From: Octopus bimaculoides
Lineage: Eukaryota
DNA length: 45,217 nucleotides
NCBI RefSeq assembly: GCF_001194135.2
Contig: NC_068985.1
Coordinates: 113,005,508-113,050,724, forward strand
Reading direction: 5' to 3'
Below the pieces are notes generated by a model that was given only the letters and a program-made list of their open reading frames with translations, searched no databases and had not been told where the DNA came from. Of this stretch, positions 35,166 to 45,217 are shown one piece after another (positions within the stretch are counted from its first letter, which is position 1; each line of letters starts with the position of its first letter). Made by a program: the position numbers and the translations under genes.

Positions 35166-35820
35166 ATCTTCTTTCGTTATGTGATCTTGTATTTTATGGC
35201 TGTATGCTATGGTATTACGTTAATATTTTTAATTGGGACAATAAGGGTGTATATGAAGTGAATTGTTTTCAACCAGATTTTAAATAAGAGCCATTGTAGT
35301 TGCGCATAGTGATCTTATATACACAATTATTCAAATGTAGCAGGAAAAAAGAAAGATTAGTGTTATAGCTATATCGCCATGTTGTTACGTCACAGAAGTT
35401 GAATCTCTATAACGATGTCGCCATTTTGTGAAGTTACCGAAAGTAGGTATCTGTATATTGTCTACATTATATTATAATATATCCAGAAACTCGGAGGAAC
35501 AAATATATAAAACCCCAAAGTTGCTAATAATCTAATATACTACGTTCATGACATTACTATGAAAATCAATTTAAACAGGGTTAAATGACAAAAAAGGCAG
35601 GATTATACGAAAGAAATCCTACCTTTGCTTTTATAAAACCAATAAAAAAAGAGATTAATAGTGTAACATCGTTTATTTACGAGCATACAAATAAATATTA
35701 GTTACTCATAGTAATATAAAGATTATTCAGTTATACTGAATGCAACAAAAATATCACTGGTAGGAATGTTATAGACACTGGAGTTCGTATTACAATGAAT
35801 TCGCCACTACAATATCACTC

Positions 35821-36065
35821 CATTTGCTAGAACTAACAGCTAACTCCGCCTCAAATCATACCCTGGCATTTTATCGGCATCACTGTTAGCACTACGAGTT
35901 TACCTCTTGCAATGTCGTTCCATATGATAGAAATAACAGCCAAACTTTCCTCAAATCACATCCTGGTATTTTAACAAAACTGCTGTTAGCACACCAAAAA
36001 GGTCGCCTCTAAATTGTCCTTTCATTTGTTCGAACTAACGATCAGATCTCTCCCAAATCACGTGG
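35821..36065 (+). repeat. Degenerate tandem repeat, about 2.4 units of about 101 bp
   Basis: Units start at 35821 (CATTTGCTAGAACTAACAGC), 35921 (CATATGATAGAAATAACAGC) and 36023 (CATTTGTTCGAACTAACG), each carrying C(T/C)CAAATCA. Confidence 0.75.
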
Positions 36066-36460
36066 CTATTGAGGAAGTATTTCTGTCTTGTGTATCTTGT
36101 GTATCTGTCTACTGAATCACTTCACTAACCATTTTATTATTTACATTTGGAATTGTAAAGAGAGAGAGAGAGAGAGAAAGCAAGAACCGCAGAAACAGAA
36201 GCCAACCTTTAAACAAGGAAAGAATGCAATGTGAGGCCCCTTGGTCAGGACAGGCTTTCTAGGGTTGCTCTAGCTACTGATGCTTTCCTCGCAGACGTAA
36301 TGAAAGACCTGGGCTCTTTTGACAATAAGGTCAGTCCATGAGTTGATCATGATAGGCATGCCGTTGGCCATAGCTCTTGTCAATCCGTGTTAACCTGGGC
36401 GTTTAACAACAAAAACAACAATGGGATATGAACTCACGACGCTTAAATATCAACTACATA

Positions 36461-36722
36461 TAGTGGAACATTGGTTTACGAATTCAATTCGTTCCTGAAG
36501 GCCGTTTGTTACCCGAAATGCTCCTAAAAGTAAAACTACTTTTCCCACGGGAACTTTACGAGAAGGCATGGCAAATTCAAGTAGGGGATGTGTCCTGAGT
36601 GAAGGCTAGACAGCAATTGATGCTCTCCCTTTGATACTCTCAGCTTTTCGCCTACTCTTGCAGCCGGCTTGGGTGTTCGTTACCCGAGACTTCTTTTCCG
36701 TTCGTTAACCGAGGTTCCACTG
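36461..36722. mobile_element. pogo/Tigger-like MITE (262 bp) with TA duplication
   Basis: TA + TAGTGGAACATTGGTTTACGAA ... TTCGTTAACCGAGGTTCCACTG + TA; subterminal GTTACCCGA motifs near both ends. Confidence 0.85.
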
Positions 36723-36877
36723 TATAAGTAAATCATAACAAGCAAGATACTCATCACTTACACATTCTCCACTACAGATACAGAAATACGGGGAACATCT
36801 CTGGATTACCACGTTTGACGCTCTAGAAAGTAATTGGTTATATATTTTACAACAGTTTTGACATTTGTTTATTACTA

Positions 36878-36945
<68 letters not shown>

Positions 36946-37354
36946 NNNNNNNNNNNNNNNNNNNNNNNNNNNNNNNNNNNNNNNNNNNNNNNNNNNNNNN
37001 NNNNNNNNNNNNNNNNNNNNNNNNNNNNNNNNNNNNNNNNNNNNNNNNNNNNNNNNNNNNNNNNNNNNNNNNNNNNNNNNNNNNNNNNNNNNNNNNNNNN
37101 NNNNNNNNNNNNNNNNNNNNNNNNNNNNNNNNNNNNNNNNNNNNNNNNNNNNNNNNNNNNNNNNNNNNNAAAAAAAAAAAAAAAAAAAAAAAAAGCAAAA
37201 ACAAAAAATAAGTGAATACGATGCATACTTCACAATGGCGACTGTAGCAAACACGACAATGCTCACAATAACAACTCCAACGATTGTTAAGAGGATGTAG
37301 ATAAAAAGCATAACAGCAACAATATCAACAACAAAGATGTTGTAATAGTAGCAA

Positions 37355-37610
<256 letters not shown>

Positions 37611-37898
37611 GCAGTTTCGTTTGTTACTTGATCTTTGATCTTGCAATTGTTCAAAGATATATTTTTAATGCATTTCACCTTTGGTGAAAAAGTTCGGTAA
37701 ATAAGAAGGCTTCTTTGAGTAGTTTTCCTTCAGGGACACAACGTATGCATATATGTGTGTGTGTGTGCATGTGCGTGTATGTGATGTTGTGCCTATGAGT
37801 ATTTTATGTATATGCATGTGTGACAATGTGTACGTGTTTACTTACTTATATGAATGTATGTATGTATAATGAGTGTGTGTACGCATGTGTGTGCGCGC

Positions 37899-37939
<41 letters not shown>

Positions 37940-38750
37940 CCATTCATCGATTACTCTCATCTGCCGCACATGCACACATATACATACTGAAGTATGTATA
38001 AATGCATGCATGTGTAGATATTTTGATTGTTTATATATCGAGCAACACTCGCAGTGATGTGTCGCTACACAAATGCTGCCAACTTCTCTGCATATGTGTT
38101 TATATATATATATATATNNNNNNNNNNNNNNNNNNNNNNNNNNNNNNNNNNNNNNNNNNNNNNNNNNNNNNNNNNNNNNNNNNNNNNNNNNNNNNNNNNN
38201 NNNNNNNNNNNNNNNNNNNNNNNNNNNNNNNNNNNNNNNNNNNNNNNNNNNNNNNNNNNNNNNNNNNNNNNNNNNNNNNNNNNNNNNNNNNNNNNNNNNN
38301 NNNNNNNNNNNNNNNNNNNNNNNNNNNNNNNNNNNNNNNNNNNNNNNNNNNNNNNNNNNNNNNNNNNNNNNNNNNNNNNNNNNNNNNNNNNNNNNNNNNN
38401 NNNNNNNNNNNNNNNNNNNNNNNNNNNNNNNNNNNNNNNNNNNNNNNNNNNNNNNNNNNNNNNNNNNNNNNNNNNNNNNNNNNNNNNNNNNNNNNNNNNN
38501 NNNNNNNNNNNNNNNNNNNNNNNNNNNNNNNNNNNNNNNNNNNNNNNNNNNNNNNNNNNNNNNNNNNNNNNNNNNNNNNNNNNNNNNNNNNNNNNNNNNN
38601 NNNNNNNNNNNNNNNNNNNNATACATATATATATATATATACATACATATATAACCTATGTAAATAAATATAATGCATGTATGTGTGTGAGCATGCATAA
38701 ACACCAACATATTTATACACGTGCACATATACACGTCTGTGTATAAGTGT

Positions 38751-38795
<45 letters not shown>

Positions 38796-39224
38796 TGTGT
38801 ATGTGTGCGTGTGAGTGTGTTTGTATGTATGTATCTTCGCTTTTCTAGCAAAGCACATGTTTACAAAAATGAGAAACAAAATAAGCGAATACCAACTGCT
38901 TAGGTTTGAAACGGGTGACTAATAGGGATAAGGTGTGTGTACGTACGTATAGGTGGACAGTCGTGGGTGGATTAGGTGCAAATCAACATGATTAGAAGAG
39001 GCTTTTATGAAGGGTAGACGTGGCAGGGGAAGCGAATATGAGATGAAAAATATATACAGATCAATAATACTAATGTGTTGTGTATATATATATTTTTTAA
39101 TCTGTGCATTTAAAAGACCTCTCTTGTAATCTTTAATTCACTTTAGCTTTGTATAGTTTAGTATTATTTGTTTTTTCTTATACAAAACGGTCGCTGGAAT
39201 ATTTAGAAGTTTTATAATATTTAA

Positions 39225-42200
39225 TCTTGAACAGTATTTCCTTCTGTTTTACGTTCTGAGTTCAAATTCCGCTGACACTGCCCTTCATCCTTACATGATC
39301 GATAAAGCAAGTACCTGTTGAGTCTATCTAATCCACTTTTGGTCAATGGAATCGACTTACCCCATCCACGAAAAAAAAATGGTCCTTGTGCCTATAATGT
39401 AAAGGATCGTTATTATCATTAAGGTAGAAGACTACGGGCTAGTAGAATCGTTTGCATGCTTAGCAGCATTTCATCTGTCTTTATGTTCTGAGTTCAAATT
39501 CCACCAGGGTTAACTTCTTCTTTCATCGTTACAGGATCGATAAAATAAGTACCTGTTGAACACAGTACTTGGATGTAATCAACTTATCCATCCCCTAAAA
39601 TTTCTGGCGTTGTGCCAAAATTTGAAACCATTGTTATTAAGGTAGTGAGCTGGCAGAATTTTTAGCATGCCGGAAAAAATACATAGTGGCATTTCTTCCG
39701 GTTTTACGTTCTGGGTTCAAATTCCACCGAGGTTGACTTTGTCTTTCATCGTTAAATTAAGTACCAGTTGAGTGCTAGTCCTCTTCCCTCAAAATTTCGG
39801 TCCCTGTATCTATTAGTAGAAAATAGCTTAATCTCGACTCACTTCGTTCTGGTTTCAAATCTCATCAGTCACGTGTATGCTTTCATGCCACCAACCTAAT
39901 AAAATATCAATAATGTGACTGGATTGATTCAATCGAATACACATGGACACACAAACATATACGCACATATATCGCCCCGTACAGAAATTAGTCTAATCAT
40001 TTTTATTTTCTCCGTCATTATTTCTTCAGTAAAAAAGGCGGTGAGCTTGTAAAGTCGTTAGAACATTGAAAAGAAAAAAAAATTGCTAAGCAACATTTCT
40101 TCCTGCTCTTTGCGTTTTGATTTCAAATGCTGCCGAGCTCATCTTTGCCTTTCATATTTTCAGGGTCGATAACATGAAGTAGCATTCAAGTACTAAGGTC
40201 GATGTAATCGACTTCCCTTCTCCTAAATTTGCGTGCCTTCAACGAAAATTAGAAAGAAGTATTTCTTTAGAAGAAAGCTGTAAGTTGGCAGAATCGTTAT
40301 GGTGTCGGTAAAAATGCTTTACGGCATTAGTTACGACTCTTAACATTCCATGTTCAAATACTTGAGAGCTCAGCTTTGCTTTTCATCTTTTGGGGGCAAT
40401 AAAATAAGCAGCAGTCAAGTACCAGTACTTGATGTAATTTATTTGCTCCCTCCTCTAATCTCCTCACCTTCTGATATAATTAGTAAGAATTATTTCTTCT
40501 GCAAGAAAATGGCGAGTTGGCTACTTCGGAAAAATTACTCAGAAGTACTTCTCGTAACTTTTTAAATTCTGAACCCAACTCCTATCGAACACAAATTTGC
40601 CTTTCATCCTTTTTGGGGTTGCTAAAATAAGGTACCATTCGATTACTGAGGACGATGATGTAGGCTCATGCCTCCCACTAAAAACAATTGTTCTTGAGCC
40701 TAAATGAGAATTTTTTTGTTTATTCAACTAGGAAGGCTTCGGGTGTTTTTTTATTTTCAGAATCGGTAGAGCAGCTTGCCGAATGCAAATATGGTATCTA
40801 ATTATATTCCTTTATGTTCTCAGTTCAGATCCTGTTTTTTTCACTTTGCTACACAGCCTTTCGAGATCAATAAAATAAGCAGCTGTATTATACTACTGCG
40901 GTCTATTAAGTCAACTGTGCTAACCTATAAATGTTTTAAACCTTATAATTGTTAGTGATCAAGATGGTGGTGAACTATTCAGAAGTTCAATTCCGCTGAT
41001 CTCGACTTTGCCCTTCATTCTTTCGAAGTCGATAAAATAAGTACCAGTTTTAAGCATTGGAGTTGATTTCAGTGACTCAACCCTGTCTCTAAAAGTTACT
41101 GGCCTTGTGCCAAAATTTGAAAGTATAATGAAGGCTGCGGGCTGGCAGAATCGATAATGTATCGGGCAAAATGCTCAGTAGCATTTCTTCTCGCTTCCTG
41201 ACTTCGAATTATGCCGAGATCGACCACGTCTTTCATACTTTCAGGGTTGATAAAATAAGTACCAGATAAGAAATAGGGTCGATGTAATCGACTCAACCCC
41301 TCCCCTAAAATTACCGGCCTTATACCAAAATTTAAAGCCAATATTTTCTGTTTTGAGCTCCATTTACTTAATATCCTTCTGTAGATTTATGAAATAAACA
41401 GCGTTAATAAATTCGATGACATTCTCTTTCTTTCATCTGTTGGCCCTTATCGTTCCTAGTGAAGATTGCTGAGACCCCCTTCGGTCACGAATGACCATGG
41501 GATTGCACCTAGATAGTTACCCTCTGAGGAACAAGTCCGGGCAAGGTTGTTTATGGAAGACCAGCAGTCGCCCATGCGTACCGGCCTCTCCTCTCCACGC
41601 CACCAGTGTTATCCAAGGGAAAGGCAAAGGGGCCGATATAGCTTGGCCTCTGTGACGTCGCAACTCATTTCTACAGCTGAGTGAACTGGAGCAACGTGAA
41701 ATAAAGTGTCTTGCTCAAGAACACAACACGCAGCCCGGTCCGGGATTCGAACACACAACCTCACGATCGTAAGCTCGATGCTCTAACCACTGAGCCATGC
41801 ACCTTCACTATCGTTCCTAGTACACTGATAGTAAAGCGGCGAGCTGGTAGAAGCGTTACCGCGCCGGATAAAATTATTGGCTGTATTTCTTTGCGCTCTG
41901 AGCTCAAATCCCGCCAAGATCGACATCACCTCTCATCCTTTCCGTGGTCGATAAAATAAATACCAATCAAGTACTGAGGTCGATGTAAATGATTATCTCC
42001 ATCCTCCGAATTTAGGGCCTTGAGTCTATACTTCAAAGAATTATTATTAAATTCTTTCGGAGTCGATAAAATAAGTATTAGTTGAGTACTGGTATTGATG
42101 TAATCGACTTGCTCACTTCCCCTAAAATTTCAGACCTAGAAAAAAAAAATAATAATAATAACATGCTAATCAGAAGTTTCTGTATATTTTTAAGTCTTAA

Positions 42201-42350
42201 AAGCTATAATACATATTCAGTGAATGAGCTCAAATTCCGACACGGCCAGCTCCAAGTTTCATCCTTATTAGATGAATAAAGTAAATTCCAGTCAAACTAA
42301 TCGATCATACCTTTCAATCAAGATTCTGGCCTGATGCCTAAGGCAGAGAT
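39225..42350 (+). repeat. Head-to-tail cluster of about 13 diverged SINE C copies or fragments
   Basis: Recurring head AAGGCGGTGAGCTGGCAGAATCGTTA, B box GTTCAAATTCC, core TTTCATCC...GATAAAATAAGTACC and GATGTAATCGACT. Approximate starts: 39225, 39420, 39639, 39840, 40035, 40272, 40507, 40755, 40962, 41131, 41834, 42050, 42220. Confidence 0.9.
41461..41808 (-). mobile_element. SINE family D, full length with perfect 13-bp TSD
   Basis: Reverse complement GTGAAGGTGCATGGCTCAGTGGTTAG (A box)...GTTCGAATCCC (B box)...CTTGAGCAAGACAC core; TSD TATCGTTCCTAGT at 41448-41460 and 41809-41821. Confidence 0.95.
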
Positions 42351-43566
42351 CGTTCGGTATAAGAACCATCAGTGACTCACTCAAAGTTTCACCTCTGAAA
42401 ATTGTTGCGATATATTTAGAAACTATCTGTATTATACTTCCTGTGCGGCTTTTGCTATTGGAATATTTACTGCTACTTCGGTCATTATGCTTGACCGACA
42501 GAGCGAAGTCTAATGACAGGATGAGGCGAATTGAATAGCTGGCAATTAGATGGATCTCTTCTGAACATTTATAGACAGGTATGAAATATAATTAAGGCTT
42601 TTTCATATATTCAATCAGCTGCTATCTAGAACTTTCCGCTTTCTGTTTTGGACATTGTTACTTTGTTCCTTTCGGTGGAGTACTTCCAGGATGTTGTTCC
42701 ATCAAATATTTTCTTTATATCTTCATCATGTAATTGGTCCTCTACAAAACCAAGCATTTATTTTAGCTTTTGACGTTAACAAAGAACGATTGTTCTCTTC
42801 TATACATTGCCGTGTAGAATCAGTGAAAAATTGAAATTAAGGAATAAACGGAATAGATTCAAAGAGAACTATTGGCTGGCTGGCTTGCTGGCAGTGAAGT
42901 AAGCTTTGACTCTTTGATTATACAGATATTTATGAAGATTTGGTATGTGTTCTTCCTTACAGCTAAGTGAACTGTGAAGTAAGTAAGGGTTACGTGCAAC
43001 GGAAAGAAATACAATGAAGACCCTGTGATAGTTTTTGAACTCAAATCACATCAGTTCGTCTACCTTTACTTCTTTATCTATTCAGTCATTTTAGAGACTA
43101 AACAAACAACTAATAAACTAAATAAAAACATGAAAACGATTTGTCGTTCATTCATGATTTTTAATTCTGAAAAGACGCTTTTCAAACTTTCTTGAAATAA
43201 ACGTTTGTTTACACAGAAATACATACACAGCTGTACATTCGCATATATGTATACACGTCTTTCTCTTTCTCTCATAATATGAGAGACAGAGAGTACAACG
43301 CATATACATGTGTACTGTGTTTATGTACATACCTGTCAATGCTGTGTATGCCATAAGGTCTGCAAATCTAACGGAGACCTCAAAAGACATTTTAAAGTAC
43401 ACAAAGATCAGAACTTAACTGCAGTTCTCGATGGTCCAAAGTAGATATGCAATTTATGTGGGTGTCTTTTCAAAACATTGTCTGGTCTGAAAATCAGATG
43501 CCATGATAGAACTAGGGTGTAAGTGCAAGAGGTGATCAGACTCTGCATAAGGGGTCGAGAACCGCC

Positions 43567-43720
43567 ATGTATGTATGTATGTATGTATGTATGTATGTAT
43601 GTATGTATGTATGTATGTTATCAATCAGTTTCATTTCTGTATTTCTTGTCCATAGAGAAAGAGCCGGACTCTAACATAGATTCAAGGCTCCTTCATTGGA
43701 ACTTTTATCAACATCATCTA
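43567..43720 (-). mobile_element. Family G 3'-end fragment with (CATA)n tail
   Basis: Reverse complement matches 20815-20950. Confidence 0.7.
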
Positions 43721-44054
43721 GGTATTTGTGCATATGTGTGTGTGTGCAGTATTTGGTGTTTCTGTAGGTATGTTGTTGTTGTTGTTGTTGCTGTTGATGA
43801 TGTTCATATGTCCAGCCATGCTGTTTGTAGTATTTTGTCCCGTGGTAGATTCAAATTTCAGGCGAAAATCACTTCAGTGTTGAATAAAAGGCTTCTTCAG
43901 TCGATGTACCCGGAGATTAGCCAGTTATTTAGCAAGGTTGATATTTGTGGCTTCAATGTCAGGGATAATATTCATCGTATTCTCAATAAATAGTCCCTCA
44001 CGCCAAAAATGCGACTCGTCGCGGATCGCCGTGTATGTATGTATGTATGTATGT

Positions 44055-44995
44055 AACTGTCACATCTTAGCGATCTAAATTCTCAGGTTTCCATATTTAT
44101 CAACTTTTTCTCTTTCTTTCATGATGATGTGTTGATCTCCTAGCACAGTTACATCGATTATTAGGCACTCTTGTTTGTCCCTCTTAAAGGTTATTATATC
44201 CGGCCTTCGGTGCTCTAACACCTTTGTCTGTCTGGAAATCAAAGGGCCAGAGGATTTTTGCCTTCCCCTTTTTGTCCATTGTCTTTTCCGGTGTATGTTG
44301 ACATCAAGCACCCGTAAATTCATATCCATACTCACGGCACAGTAGCCAGTGGAGGTTTTGGGCTACATTGTTCTGTCTACGCGTGTAATCTTTCTGCGCA
44401 AGACTTTCACAAGCACTAACAATGTGAGTCACACTTTCGACCCTCTTCCTACACATTCTGCAAAGGTCCGATGCACTTGTGTGTTATATATTCATTTTCA
44501 CTGAGTTAGTATTTAATACCTGGTCCTGGGCCGCGATGATTAGGCTTTCAGTATTCTTTTTTAGGTCACTCTTGTTGAGCCACCTCCATGATGCTTCCTG
44601 GTCTTTTAATGTGTTCGTTTCACAGTGGAACTGACCATTTAATTCCATACAGAGTAGGGTTTCTTCTCTCTTGTTGGCTGTCCTTGTTCGGAATTCATGA
44701 GCACTCTCAAGTCCAATTTTGTTAACTCCCTTTGCACTAGCAGCATACTGTAGCAGATCTTCTTTGCTGTTTACCAAATATTCTGCTATGTTTCTTCTTT
44801 CACTGTTGATGCACTCCCGTACGCTAATCAGCCCACATCCACCCTTACCTCTCTTCATGTAGAGTCTGTGTACATTTGCCTTACGGTGGAGGGCACCATG
44901 CATTGTCATTGTCTTTCGTGTTGTGCGATCGAGTTGGTCAAACTCCGCCTGTGTCCATCTCAGGATGATTGCACTATAACGAACTCCAGCAACAG

Positions 44996-44998
<3 letters not shown>
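44055..44998 (-). pseudogene. 5'-truncated non-LTR retrotransposon of the R4/Dong type (post-RT region, CCHC knuckle, restriction-like endonuclease)
   Basis: Minus strand: VRYSAIILRWTQAELDQLDRTTRK.MTMHGALH...RLYMKRGKGGCGLISV...TESLIIAAQDQ...CRMCRKRVESVTHIVSAC...LHWLLC...ILW.FDFQTD / HRRPDI...IIDVTV.GD...KEREKVDKY. At least two stops and one frameshift. Confidence 0.9.
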
Positions 44999-45070
<72 letters not shown>

Positions 45071-45095
45071 AATAATATTATTATTATTATTATTG
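44999..45095. repeat. (TTA)n microsatellite abutting the 5'-truncated end of the R4/Dong-type element
   Basis: Directly visible. Confidence 0.98.
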
Positions 45096-45217
45096 TTCAG
45101 TAGTTTTATTTTTATAACGTGCTTTCACTTCACTACCGAGCGCAGCTCTGTGTGCCTTGGGTATGTGCTGTGGTTTGCTGTGGTGCTCTTATGTTTACTG
45201 TATAGAAAGTGTTTTGC

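Noticed and set aside
39845-39870. Minus-strand CTGATGAGATTTGAAAC resembling a hammerhead core
   Set aside because: There is no room for stem II, and it is the reverse complement of a decayed SINE C B box.
39225-42350. CRISPR-like repeat-spacer appearance of the cluster
   Set aside because: Units are about 200-bp diverged SINEs with no constant short repeat, no unique spacers and no cas genes, in a eukaryotic context.
42494-42575. Plus-strand exon candidate ending in a strong CAG|GTATGA donor
   Set aside because: All three frames from the nearest plausible acceptor contain stops; a non-coding exon cannot be supported without RNA data.
42610-42745. Short minus ORF MLGFVEDQLHDEDIKKIFDGTTSWKYSTERNKVT...
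   Set aside because: Only 44 codons; the SWK...KVT fragment could equally be a decayed RTE remnant. Not assignable.

Overview
Eukaryotic, AT-rich, microsatellite-saturated DNA with ten N-gaps and no recognisable intact protein-coding gene, RNA gene or CRISPR array. The mix of tRNA-headed SINEs, dense (CA)/(TA)/(TATG)/(GAT)/(TTA) tracts and gap-ridden assembly suggests an octopus genome; this is an inference, not a database result. The window is a transposon graveyard. It holds at least four tRNA-derived SINE families (my labels A, B, C and D/E/F, about 40 copies or fragments), several MITEs and foldbacks, and decayed coding fragments of a MULE transposase, three Tc1/mariner transposases, a Tx1/L1 endonuclease, an RTE, a Penelope GIY-YIG domain and an R4/Dong-type element. 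Almost all ORFs in the supplied track are microsatellite or N-run artefacts. I found no convincing new protein system. The best leads are: (1) a head-to-tail, single-orientation array of about 13 diverged SINE-C copies at 39.2-42.35 kb; (2) a SINE (B) with a built-in microsatellite slot; (3) module and tail swapping, plus cyclic nesting, among the SINE families; (4) a two-headed mariner derivative; (5) a degenerate hammerhead-like motif near (TTAGGG)4. Edges of degenerate copies are approximate (about +/-10-20 bp).
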